Shown here one piece after another: positions 1 to 11,292 of a stretch of DNA of 64,000 bases. Source of the stretch: Azolla caroliniana (Eukaryota > Plantae > Polypodiophyta); the NCBI GenBank assembly GCA_043228905.1, contig JBHGNT010000006.1, forward strand, positions 13,144,001 to 13,208,000, given 5' to 3'. The first letter of the stretch is position 1. Every line of letters starts with the position of its first letter. The translations under genes and the position numbers were made by a program. The notes beneath the pieces are model-generated. The model made no database searches. It worked only from the letters and a program-made list of their open reading frames with translations, and had not been told where the DNA came from.

Positions 1-2869
1 GAGTTAAATAACATCTGGCAAAGAGATATGTCTATTACAAACTACACCACTAAGATAAAGGAGATTTGCGACACGCTCAAGTCCCATCAACATGACGGTG
101 GACGAAGACGAGATGGTTCAAATCTACCTCGGTGGTCTAGCACAACAGTATGGGCCAATCCGGATGGCAATTTGCACCCGGGAGAAACCACTGTCCTTCC
201 TCGACTTACAATCAATGTTGATGGTTGAAGAAAACCACGCGATTGGGTCGAGGACCACTCAATCGGACAACCGGATGCTATACACAGAGGTGGATCGACC
301 CCGTGGGCGTGGAGGACAAGGTGGGTCGGCACGCAATGGAGGCGCCCGGCAAGAGAAGAACCGAAGGTGCAAAGACAGTGGCGGCGGCAGTTCTGGACCT
401 TCCACTAGAAGGGGGAGTCATGCTAGTGCCGAAAACCGGCAAGGAAAGGCTGACACGGAATGTTGGTATTGTGGCAAGAAAGGCCACAGGGAAAGTGAGT
501 GCTGGAAGAGCGTGCTAATTTGGAGAAATCCGGATCTGGCAAAGCCGGTCAGGAAAACCGGCAAAGCTCGCACTACGCAGAAGGATCGGAAGGATCCGGA
601 ATTGGGAAGACCGGAAAAGGGCCAACCTTTATGATGAAGCACAAGGCGAACTCGATGAAGAAGACCACTTCTGGATCGGAGGAAGTATGGTACGTTGATT
701 CCGGAGCGTCCAACCACATGACGGCCATGAAGAGTGGTTCTCTTTTTTGGAGAAGCCGGAACAACCGGGGATTGTCGAAACCGAAGATGACACCCCTCAC
801 CCGATTGTGCATGTCAGAGAAGTCCCCTTAAGCCATGTCGGACAAAAGGGAAAGCTTATGAACGTACTACACATTCCGACTATCACAAAGAACCTGGTAT
901 CGGTCGAACAAATTGTTGACCCAGGGAATGCAGGTGCAGTTTACACACCTCGGGTGCTTCATCGAGGAAAAAGGCCAGATAATTGCGCAAGGGCGCAAGG
1001 AAGGGAGGATGTTCATCCTCAACACAAATGATGTCAGCACCGCCATGTTTGCCAAAGGACAAAAGATTGAATCGGACATTGATCTCTAGCATAAACGGAT
1101 CGGCCACGTCAACTACCAGAGGCTTCAAGATCTGCAATTGAAACAAGTTGTTTTCGGATTGCAGAAGTTTAGTGGCCGAAATGCCCAAATATGCGAAGTC
1201 TGCCAACTCGGGAAGCAACACCGGCTTCCATTCCCCACCGAACGTAACCGGAGCCGTAACAAGCTCGATCTAATCCATTCGGATGTATGGGGACCGGCGC
1301 AGAACGTTAGTCTTGGAGGGAGTCGGTATTTTGTCTCCTTCATCAACGACTACAGCCAGCACACGTGGATCTATCTCATCGAGAAGAAAAGTGAAGTCTT
1401 CGACTGTTTCCAAAACCTTCAAAGTTTAGTCTAAAGGGAAACGAAGAGGAAGATCAAGTGCCTGCGGTCGGATGGCGGAAAAGAATACTTTTCTGGCCTA
1501 TTCAACAGTTATCTACAACAGAACAGAATTCGGAGAGAATTCAGTTGCAGATACACACTAGAGCAAAACGGTGTGGCCGAAAGGAAGAATCGGTCAATTG
1601 TCGACGCGGCAAGGGCAATGTTGGAGGAGAAGAGCATGCCCCAATTCTACTGGGCTGAGGCGGTTCGGACAACCGTCTACATCCAAAACCGGATCAAAGA
1701 CAAGGTTTCAGCACATGAGTTGTATTTCGGGCGGAAGCCAAATTTGAGGCACCTTCAAATATTCGGTAGCATAGCATATGTCCATGTACCGAATAAGAAG
1801 CGGAAGAAGCTAGATCCGAAGTCAAAGAACTGCATCCTAGTCGGTTACTTGCATGAGCAAAAGGGGTATAAGTTCTATAACCCCCGGACTAAAGAGGTAC
1901 GAGTAAGTCGAGATGTCGAGTTTGATGAGTCGGCATCATGGTACACCCTACCGACTCCAACTCCCGACAAGGACCTGATTCCGGAAGATGAGGCTAGTGA
2001 GCCCAAGGAGGTCCAGGAAGAAGATGAAGACTTCAGCACTCTAGAAGAGAGTCTGATCTCATTCCGGCTAAGTGGACCGAATGAGTGGTTGAGTCAGGAT
2101 GACTAGTCGGATGAAGAACCGGCGAGTAGTGGAGACTTTATCGTGCTCTCCCCACGCAAGGAACCGAGGAGACAGTTCACACGCAAAGATAAAGGGAAGA
2201 AGAAGATGCTGGAATACAACACCAGTAGTGAAGGGTCGGATTGGAACGAATCTGACCCTGGAAAGGAAGAAGGCGGATCTTTACAAGGGAACTCTGAACC
2301 TGCCAAGAAGGGACTCAAACCAACTAACGAAAAGTTACGCCGGTCAACCCGTCAGAAGAAAACTGTCATGAGGTACGGGTGTAATGAATACATGGCGCAT
2401 CACTATGCGTACATGACTAAGGTGGTGGAAGTGCGTGAGCCGGAGAGCTACACAGAACCAGCAAAAGACGCAAATTGGCGTGCTGCTATGGAGGAAGAAA
2501 TACGAGCACTAGATGCCAACGATAAATGGGACCTGGTTGACCCACCCGGACAATGCAAACCGATCGGTTACAAATGGGTGTACAAGGTAAAGTACAATGT
2601 TGATAGTTCGATCAACCGGTACAAGGCCCGGTTAGTGGTGCAGGGAAAAGCACAAACCCATGGAATCGACTACACTGAGACCTTTGCTCCGGTAGCGAAG
2701 ATGACGACGGTTCGTGTGGTATTGGCAGTTGTTGTGGCAAGGGGATGGCATCTTCACCAAATGGATGTGAAGAATGTGTTTCTTCAAGGTAACCTTGAAG
2801 AATGGGTCTATATGATCCAACCGCCCTGAACAAGTGAACAGTATGCCGATTCAAAAAGTCGCTTTACGG
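1..2869 (+). mobile_element. Ty1/Copia LTR retrotransposon A, 5' internal part (gag, protease, integrase, RT start), degenerate
   Basis: Gag CCHC knuckle CWYCGKKGHRESEC; protease WYVDSGASNHMT; integrase CEVCQLGKQHR/LIHSDVWGP/NGVAERKNR; RT KWVYKVK..YKARLV, QMDVKNVFLQG. Order PR-INT-RT is Copia. Several stops and frameshifts. Confidence 0.95.
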
Positions 2870-3558
2870 TGTCGTGAAGAAAACCGTCCCCAGGCGCAAA
2901 CCGTGTATAATGTGTGTGAACCGGCCCTTACACGTGGGCACGTCCCTTGTCATAAAGTAGATAGGTAGGCGCAAGGGTTAAATCCTAGGTAGCAATATTC
3001 TATAGGGGAAATCGAGGAGTATCTCTGTCCGAAAGGACAGAGAATTAATGCGATGTAAACGGGTGAAACGGCCTCCCTCCTTGACCTATAAAAGAGAGGG
3101 AGACGAAGGGGATAGGGGGACATCGCGCGCTAGAGGGGACGAAGTGCTGTCGGACTGGGACCGAGCTCTTCTCCTCTGTCGTTCTCCATAGCTTTCTTTG
3201 CGCAGGTTCTCGAGAGGCTGATTCTGCTCCGTGGAACGCCCGTGTGCTTTCGACAGAATCTCCATCTTGCTCCCCTGTGTGCGTGGGTGATCAGGCGTCG
3301 GCACCCGTCTCGTCGACCTGATCGGCTGTAACCGTTCGAGTCGTCTGCATACATATATTTATTTACGCGTCCTTATACCCTATCTCATGCTCAAATTGTG
3401 TCTCTTGTGTTGTTGGGCTGCGTTCCCGCGCGCTTCTTTGTCTATACGTGTGTGAGCGTGTCTCTCTCTCTCTCTCCTTTCGCTTCCTCACCTATTCCTC
3501 GGTCCAAGACCCCAGTGGTCCCGCCTTGTTCTCCACGCACGCGCGTAACAATGCGACA
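2870..3558 (+). repeat. 5' LTR of the Gypsy element
   Basis: Direct repeat of 9186-9873 with roughly 20 differences by eye, mostly transitions; TG...CA ends; TATA-like CTATAAAA near 3086. Confidence 0.95.
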
Positions 3559-3562
3559 TCTT

Positions 3563-3580
3563 TGGTGAACCCGACGTGAA
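3563..3580 (+). promoter_or_regulatory. Primer-binding site complementary to the 3' end of tRNA-Trp
   Basis: TGGTGAACCCGACGTGAA, 4 nt after the LTR; it is the reverse complement of the plant cytosolic tRNA-Trp 3' end (...UUCACGUCGGGUUCACCA, recalled sequence). Confidence 0.85.
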
Positions 3581-3601
3581 CAGGCGGCAGAGGAGTAGAA
3601 G

Positions 3602-5743
3602 ATGAGGGGGTCGGACCTTGCAGAAGCCATGGCTTCGGCTGTGGATCGTATAGTGAGTGCGCGCGAAGGCACCGGTGCCCTTGATAAGGCTATCAAAGCG
3701 GTTGTCGGTACGATCGGCCAGTTTAGTGGGAAGGATGCCACGAGCTACTTGGCGTCCTACCGGGCTGAGATGGTAATGAGGGACATTCCGGAAGAGAGGC
3801 GTCTAGCCGGATTCCCTCGAGTGGCGATGCCGGGCATCCATACGGAGGTGCTCGAGGTACAGGCCGAGAGCCGGACCTGGGAGGAGTTCGAAGGTCGGTT
3901 CCTCAAAAGATATGGGCTTGAAGATGCGCTTCGACTTTTGAAGCGGGACTTCATGGAGTGGGTGGAGACCCCCGACAAAGGAAGGAACGCGTCAATGCTC
4001 CTTCGGGAGTTTGAGGAACGCTTCGCACGCCTCTCGGTGCTTGACCGGACCATTCTGGACACAAGTTGTGTCCTATTGTTTGTTAAGTCGGTTGACGAGT
4101 GGGATCGGGAGCAAGTAGGCCTGCTATTGGAGACTAATGACGGGCTGACGGCCGACTGGGCCGTGGTGAAAAGGGTCTGTGGCCGTTTCGACAAACGGCG
4201 GGAATGGGTTGACAAAGGATCGACGGGGGCAGGCTCTATCGCAGCAAAGAAGCTCGAGCCAACACCACCAACGCGAAGGGAAGAGACCCGAGATTGGCTC
4301 GAGACCGGGTCGGCTTCAACCGGCATGGTCAAGGGCTCGTCCGGGGGAGCAGCTCTGGAGGAGCTGACGCGGATGGTAAAGGATCTCCAGATCGCCCAGG
4401 CACGGAGGGATGGTGGCGAACAGGCCCGTGACCGACGACCTCTGGCTGAAAACAGGTGCATGTGGTGTGACGCGGTTGGGCACATCCGAAAGGACTGCGG
4501 GGACTTCGCCGAGGCGATGAGAAGCAACGTGGTGTACCTGTGGAACGGTCGGGTGCAGGTTCCACAGGTACACGCCAACGAGACCCGAAGGGCCCTGAAC
4601 CTGAACATCGGGCGAGGGGGTATGAAAAGGTTGATGGAGGAGGCGGCGGCTCGTCACGCGAAGACCGTCCACTACTCGGCGTCAGCTGGTATTCGGGTCG
4701 GAGGTGGCGAGGCCCCGAAGACGAACAAAGCCGGGTTCTGGCCGACGATGCTGGAAGGCCTCGCTGGCGCACTGTTGAGGAAAGAAGAGGTGGACCGCGC
4801 GGAAAAACGGGTCCGGGAGGTAACCGGGTGGAGTGACCCGGTGGAAGAAAAGACGGGCTTCGTCGAAGCCGCTTGTCAAAACTACGAGGCTCTGGTGGAG
4901 GACAAGCGAGTAGGGAAAACCGAAGGGGCCGGGCCCTCGCAGCGATATGAAACTCGATTCGGGCAAAGACGGAATGAGGCCGGTGTAACCGGCGCCCAGG
5001 ATAATCCCAAGAAGGGCGGGTACCGGCTAGGCACAGAAATCGAAAGATCCACGGACTTGCGAAAGGTCCTGGAAGAACGAATCCTTGACATCAAGGTGGA
5101 ACTATCGCTAAGGGAAGTGCTCGGGATCGCCAAGAAGGAGTTCCACGACTCCATCGTAGACTTGGTGAAGACGAAGAGGCTGTCGACGGAGACAGAACCA
5201 GAGAAGCCAGTGGAGGTGCGGACGACGCACATAGAGGACATGGCGCTGGAAGACGAGCTGGCGGAGAGCCATTATTCGAGGTCGCACTGGGCCAGAGCGA
5301 CCACGGAGACCCCCGTGAAGATCGGAGATGTTCATGAACCGGTGGTGGCGTTGGTGGACCATGGTTCAGAAATCAATTTGATGTCCATGGACTTCTATAA
5401 GAAGGGAAAATGGCCGATCAGCACCAAGCACGGGTGTAAAATACGTGCAGCGACGCGTGCCACCAAAGAGCTGCATGGAGCCTGCCCGAACGTACGAGTA
5501 AAGATCGGCGATGTCGAGATTGACCAACACTTCTTCGTGCAGGAGACGTCCTCACATCCGGTTATACTAGGTGAACCGTACATCACGGCAGCACGGATGG
5601 AGACCAAGGTGTTGGACAACGGCTCGGCCTATGCAAGGGTCAAGAGCCAGGATGGGCGTCACTCGGTCCAGTTCTTGACGGTGAGACTGAACCATGAGAG
5701 GAACCGCGAGACCCTCGTGGGCGAAAGCAGGGAGGATTTTTGA
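3602..5743 (+). CDS. Intact 713-aa Gag-protease ORF of the Gypsy element
   Basis: Open ORF; CCHC knuckle CMWCDAVGHIRKDC; aspartic protease VALVDHGSEINLM ... PVILGEPY. Confidence 0.9.
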   Translation: MRGSDLAEAMASAVDRIVSAREGTGALDKAIKAVVGTIGQFSGKDATSYLASYRAEMVMRDIPEERRLAGFPRVAMPGIHTEVLEVQAESRTWEEFEGRFLKRYGLEDALRLLKRDFMEWVETPDKGRNASMLLREFEERFARLSVLDRTILDTSCVLLFVKSVDEWDREQVGLLLETNDGLTADWAVVKRVCGRFDKRREWVDKGSTGAGSIAAKKLEPTPPTRREETRDWLETGSASTGMVKGSSGGAALEELTRMVKDLQIAQARRDGGEQARDRRPLAENRCMWCDAVGHIRKDCGDFAEAMRSNVVYLWNGRVQVPQVHANETRRALNLNIGRGGMKRLMEEAAARHAKTVHYSASAGIRVGGGEAPKTNKAGFWPTMLEGLAGALLRKEEVDRAEKRVREVTGWSDPVEEKTGFVEAACQNYEALVEDKRVGKTEGAGPSQRYETRFGQRRNEAGVTGAQDNPKKGGYRLGTEIERSTDLRKVLEERILDIKVELSLREVLGIAKKEFHDSIVDLVKTKRLSTETEPEKPVEVRTTHIEDMALEDELAESHYSRSHWARATTETPVKIGDVHEPVVALVDHGSEINLMSMDFYKKGKWPISTKHGCKIRAATRATKELHGACPNVRVKIGDVEIDQHFFVQETSSHPVILGEPYITAARMETKVLDNGSAYARVKSQDGRHSVQFLTVRLNHERNRETLVGESREDF

Positions 5744-8700
5744 AGAGGGCTATCAAGGCGTGGGGCCGCGATAGTCCGGACACTCCGGGAAAACCCCACA
5801 AGTGTATGATAGCGAAGAAGACCTGTGCTATAAGTAGGGAATTTTGGTTCTCCGACAACGGAGAGTGTACGATAGTCGACATTGTTGGCCGGAAGAAGAG
5901 AAGGGCAGAGGAGCGACTTCAGGCATGTGGCGTCCTCGACCTCGGAGAGGAAATCAACGGAGCCGTGGAGGCGGTCTCTTTCGACGATACCTTGGGGAAG
6001 CTGTGGGAGGTAGTCAGAGGAGTCCTTAAAGAGGACCGGACGATTCCGGTATGTTCGGAAAAGATGTACGAAGTCATCGCGGACTTCAGTAGAGGGCTCG
6101 AGTCGGATCGGACGACCCGGGTGGACACGAGGTATAAGACTGTGGACCGGAAGGTGAGGCCAGTCGCGGCTCCCTTGCCGGAGGGCAGCGAGTTGCGAAT
6201 AAAGGGGGTTGCGTCGGACCCGAGTTTACGAAATCCGGCCCGCATAGGACACACGTTCACCGACATAACGCTGCGCGAGCTCAAAATCGGTGGAGGCGGC
6301 TTCCTACTACTGGCGGAAGAGGACCTTTTTCGGGGAATGCTCGGAAGGCACGGGAAGGCTTTCGCATTCTCACCGGAGGAGATCGGGTGTGTAGACCCGA
6401 CAATCGTGGAACCGATGGTGATATTCACGGTACTGCATGTGCCGTGGAGTCTCAAACCGATTCTAGTACCCAGAGCTCACATCCCGAAGTTGATGGAGCT
6501 GTTAAAGCAGAAGGTCGAGATGGGAATCCTCGAACCGTCGAGTGCCCCATACTCGAATCGATGGTTTACCGTGCCGAAGAAGGACGGCACGCTGCGCTTT
6601 ATTCAAGACCTGCAGCCGGTCAACAAGGTGACCATTCGAAACGCAGGAATCGGACCGACAATAGACGAGTTCGTGGAGGCCTTCGCCAGAAGGTCGATTT
6701 ACTCGGTCGGTGATCTCTACTCGGGGTACGATCAGTTCCAGCTTGCCGTAGAGAGCAGAGACATCACGACAATGCGAACTCCTCTCGGCCTAGTACGGAT
6801 GTGTACCCTGCCGCAAGGAGGGACGAACTCGGTGGCTCACATGGTGAACGCAATGAACAAAGTGCTGAGGGATTGTATCCCGGACATCACCATGCCGTTT
6901 TTGGACGACGTCCTGATCAAGGGATGCCCGGTGGAGGAAAGGGACGAGACGATCGGACCAGACGGATGCCGGAAATTCGTGGCGACGCACATCGATGACT
7001 GCGAGAAGGTGCTGCAGAGGTTGGAGGGCGCGAGGCTCACCTTCTCCGGGGGAAAGTCGGCCTTCGGGCAATCAGAGATCATGGTCGTCGGACACCTATG
7101 CGGGCCGTATGGCCGGAAACCGTCTCCGGCTAAGGTAGAAGCCATCTCTGCGATGAAGAACGACTGTAGCTCGGTCACGGAGGTACGGAGGTTCTTGGGA
7201 GCGTGCGAGTTCTACCACATATGGATCCCGCATTACGCTTACGTCGCGGAGCCATTATACGGGTTGCTGAAAAAGGGGCGAAAATTCGAGTGGAGAGGCG
7301 AGCATACGGAGCCAAGAGGACGAGGACGGCATTCGTTCCCCGATCCGGTTCGGCGCGAAGGTCCTCAGCAAGCGACAGCGAGGATACGCCCAGGTTAAAC
7401 GCGAGCTCTAGGGTATCGTTTCGGCGGTAAAGGCCGATAAAGACTACCTGATCGGGACAGAGGTAATTATTGAGACGGACTGCCTACCGATCCTTGGCAT
7501 GGTTTCCGGATGCGTGACGCCGGACCTGGCAATGCTCAGGTGGATAGCGTACATCAAGTCCCTGAATCCGGAAATACGACACATTTCCGGGAAAGACAAC
7601 GCCATGGCCGACATGCTTTCAAGGGCGAGGTTCGAAAACGACGGCGGCATGGTTTCAAAAGACGAGGAAGTCGGCGTGGACTTCTTCGAGGCGGCTAACG
7701 TAACAACCGGTAGGGAATGCTCTCCGATGCTTAACGATTTCGACGAGAGCAAGTACGACGGGGAGTGGCTGCAGATCGGCGGGTTCCTGAAAACAATGAC
7801 ACCGGACGCGGCATGGACAACGGACGAGGCCAACTGGATTCGGAAGAAAGCCTACCGATTCTTTCTCCGGGACGGATACATATGGAAGCACCCGAAGAAG
7901 AGGAGCAACATCCCGCTCCGAGTGGTGGCGAAGAAGGAGGAACAGGAGGATTTGTTGGCGGCGTACCACGATAGCCCGTGGGTTGGACACCGTGGAACAT
8001 GGGCCACGTTCGAAAAGCTAAAGGGGAAGTACTGGTGGCCGGGACTATACCGGGACGTGCATCGGTTCGTGACGACTTGCGAAAGCTGTTAGGTGCACTC
8101 CATGATCCGACATCGGGACGAGCTTCACCCGACCTACCCTCCGACCGTCCACTTCAAGTGGATGGTGGATTTGGTGACGATGCCAATGGGGGTAGGACAG
8201 ATGCGGTATCTGTTGCTGGCTCGGGAAGATCTAACGAACCAAGTTGAAGGCCGAGCCCTGCAGAACAAGACGACGGCAGTCGTGTGCCGGTTTTTGATTG
8301 AGGACGTAGTATGCCGATACGGGTGCGTAGGGAAGATCGTGGCTGACCGTGGTGAGTTGGACGCAGAAGAGGCCGAAGAGCTGTTCGACCGGCTAGGAGT
8401 CAAACTTTCGCTCACCACAGCGTACGATCCGGAGGCGAACGGGAAGGTGGAGTGCGGACATGGGCCAATTGTCAAAGTGCTAGTACGGGCGTGCCGAGGC
8501 CTTGTGGGCGGACCGGACTACGCACAGTTCGGTAACCGGGTTCATGCCGGCCGAGCTGATGTTCGAACAGAAGCCGATCATGCCAACAGAGCAAACGATC
8601 TCCTCGTGGGCCACGGTGGACTGGAGGGATGAGATGAGCCTAGAGGAACTGCTGGCGGCGCGGATTCGATAGCTCGAGCGGAGGCCGGAGGACGTAGAGC

Positions 8701-8990
8701 GAGCCGCGGAGAAACTTCAAGTAGCGAGGATAAGGAACAAAGCCCGGTTCGACCGAACACACCGGACCAGGCCAAGGAAGATCGAGGAAGGCGACTGGGT
8801 GCTAGTCTACGACAGCAGCCTCGACAATTAGCACAGGGCCACGCGGAAGTTTGCGAGGAGGTGGTTCGGGCCTTACGTAGTAACAGGCGCCAACGGCAAT
8901 GGGACGTACCATCTCGCGGAGCTCGACGGTACGAGAATGGCGATACCGGTAGCGGGGAAGAGGATCAAAGCGTTCAAGAAATGGCACAAC
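5740..8990 (+). pseudogene. Pol (RT-RNase H-integrase) of the Gypsy element, in the -1 frame relative to gag-PR, disrupted
   Basis: RT DLYSGYDQF, LPQGGTNS, FLDD; RNase H remnant after an internal deletion near 7313; integrase HHCC (YHDSPWVGH..CESC), WMVDL, ANGKVE, WFGPY; several stops. Confidence 0.9.
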
Positions 8991-9185
8991 GGGGAGCCGG
9001 AGCTAGGGGGCATGGCAAGAAATGGCACAACGGGGAGCCGGAGCTAGGGGGCATGGACAGCGATAACGAGCAGCCCGAGGCGGAGGATGAACCGGTAAAC
9101 GAGGAATAAAAGCAAGGATCGGTTTTCTCCCGTAGGAACCCAATTTTGGCGCATACCGGTGGATGCGCGGTTAGGGGGGGGCGGA

Positions 9186-9873
9186 TGTCGTGAAGAAAAC
9201 TGTCCCCAAGCGCAAACCATGTATAATGTGTGTGAACCGGCCCTTACACGTGCACATGTCCCTTGTCATAAAGTAGATAGGTAGGCGCAAGGGTTAAATC
9301 CTAGGTAGCAATATTCTATAGGGGAAATCGAGGAGTATCTCTGTCCGAAAGGACAGAGAATTAATGTGATGTAAACGGGTGAAACGGCCTCCCTCCTTGA
9401 CCTATAAAAAAGAGGGAGATGAAGGGGATAGGGGGACATCGCACACTAGAGGGGACGAAGTGCTGTCGGACTAGGACCGAGCTCTTCTCCTCTGTCGTTC
9501 TCCATAGCTTTCTTTGCGCAGGTTCTCGAGAGGCTGATTCTGCTCCGTGGAACGCCCGTGTGCTTCCGACAGAATCTCCATCTTGCTCCCTTGTGTGCGT
9601 GGGTGATCAGGCGTCGGCACCCGTCTCGTCGACCTGATCGGCTGTAACCGTTCGAGTCGTCTGCATACATATATTTATTTACGCGTCCTTATACCCTATC
9701 TCCTGCTCAATTTGTGTCTCTTGTGTTGTTGGGCTGCGTTCCCGCGCGCTTCTTTGTCTATACGTGTGTGAGCGTCTCTCTCTCTCTCTCTCCTTGCGCT
9801 TCCTCACCTATTCCTCGGTCCAAGACCCCAGTGGTCCCGCCTTGTTCTCCACGCACGCACGTACAACGCGACA
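9186..9873 (+). repeat. 3' LTR of the Gypsy element, preceded by PPT (9172-9185)
   Basis: Copy of 2870-3558; G-run TAGGGGGGGGCGGA immediately upstream. Confidence 0.95.
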
Positions 9874-11118
9874 ATGGTCTGAAGCAAGCCCCTTGAGCTT
9901 GGAATGCGAAGATCACGCACCGGCTGCGTAAGATGGGGTTTGCGGCCTCAGATTTTGACTCTTCATTGTTCATCTGGAACGGTCCGGTTTGCATTTTGCG
10001 TTATGTAGATGATTTAGTCATCACCGGACACGGACTCATTGAAATCGGCCAAGTGAAGTCCTAGCTATCGGACACATTTGAAATGAAGGACCTAGGGGAC
10101 CTTCATTATTTTCTTAGGATAGAGGTGATCCGAACCCCCAATGGCATATTGCTCTCACAATGCCATTATGTGTTCAATATGTTGTACAAGTTCGGCATGA
10201 CTAAATGCCGACCGATCTCCACACCCCTGGACCAGAACCTGAGGCTACGTCCCGACTCTGGACCGGCCTGCGATGAGAAACAGTTCCGACAAATTGTCAG
10301 AAGCCTCATATATTTGACAATCACTCGACCCGACATCAATTGCCCGGTTGGAGTGATCAGCTAGTTCATGCAGAAGCCGACTGTCGAGCACCTTCAGTGC
10401 GCACACCGGATACTCCAGTATGTTCGGAGATGTTCGGCCTACAACATCTTGATGTGCCACACTTGAGGGGGAGAACGGGAACGGGAACGGGAACGGATGG
10501 CACGGGACAAGGAGCCGGAGAGGAAGAAAGAACCAAGGGGGGAGATAAGCAGAAAAAGGAAGTTGAGCCGACCGAAGGAGTCAGCACATCCGAACAAGAT
10601 GGAGCAAGCGGCAGTGGCGGCAAAGTCAAAAAGGACAGAGCCGATCGGAAGAAGAAGGCCAAGACCCGGACGTGGTCCGATGTCGTGAAGGGCCTAAAAA
10701 CGAAAGACGAGTTGGAGACTACCAACTCAGACAAGATCTGGAATGAATTGGAGGAAGCCGATTCGATTCAAGATTCGGAGAAACCGGATCAACTAAAGGC
10801 CAAGCAGACGAGAAGGCAGCCTAGTACGTAGGCATATTTTTGGGAGTCAGTGATAGTCGCTCATGTGAGCATTGAAGTACCTGTTAGTACTTATGTCAAT
10901 CCTTTATGGACTTGTAAAAAAGTGCTCTCTTAGCACATTCTATGTACAGAATATTGAGAGTATTATTTTGAATAGAGTTTTATGTTCTGCTCTCTCTCTC
11001 TCTCTCTCTCATGTGTATGCTTATTCTCTGTGTTAAGCTTCCATTAAACCTTCTTCTCTTTATTGCTATTATCCGGCAGAGCCGGCTTGGCATAAGCTTC
11101 CGCACGCTAACTTTCACA
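9874..11118 (+). mobile_element. Copia A 3' part: rest of RT, RNase H mostly deleted, charged C-terminal extension, partial 3' LTR (~10820-11118)
   Basis: GLKQAP, YVDD, MKDLGDLHYFL, SLIYLTITRPDI; LTR portion is homologous to 11293-11580 on the opposite strand and ends TTTCACA. Confidence 0.85.
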
Positions 11119-11292
11119 CTCTTCCATGCAAGGGTGAAGTCTCTACTCATGAGCATGTGATAGAGTTCCCAATATTGAGATGCTTCCCAAACTCGTCTTT
11201 TACGACGTGTCATCTTGCACATCTCTTTGCGAGCCTGTTCTGAGGAAATAGTACCACTAAGTCGCGACACTTTAAGTTTTCTATACAAGTCT

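Larger units (their letters stand above)
2870..9873 (+). mobile_element. Near-complete Ty3/Gypsy non-chromovirus (Phygy-like) LTR retrotransposon inserted in the Copia A RT
   Basis: Paired LTRs TGTCGTGAAG...GCGACA (2870-3558, 9186-9873); PBS; PPT; gag-PR-RT-RH-INT order. 4-bp TSD acgg (2866-2869)/atgg (9874-9877); removing the element restores Copia KSLYG-LKQAP. Clade name is inference. Confidence 0.93.

Noticed and set aside
3757-4608. 283-aa antisense ORF, and similar ones (e.g. 5919-6455, 19668-20507, 61250-61966)
   Set aside because: Shadow ORFs opposite GC-rich retroelement coding strands; no recognisable motifs.
8975-9056. 41-bp tandem duplication at the end of the Gypsy integrase
   Set aside because: Simple slippage duplication that frameshifts the tail; no sign of function.
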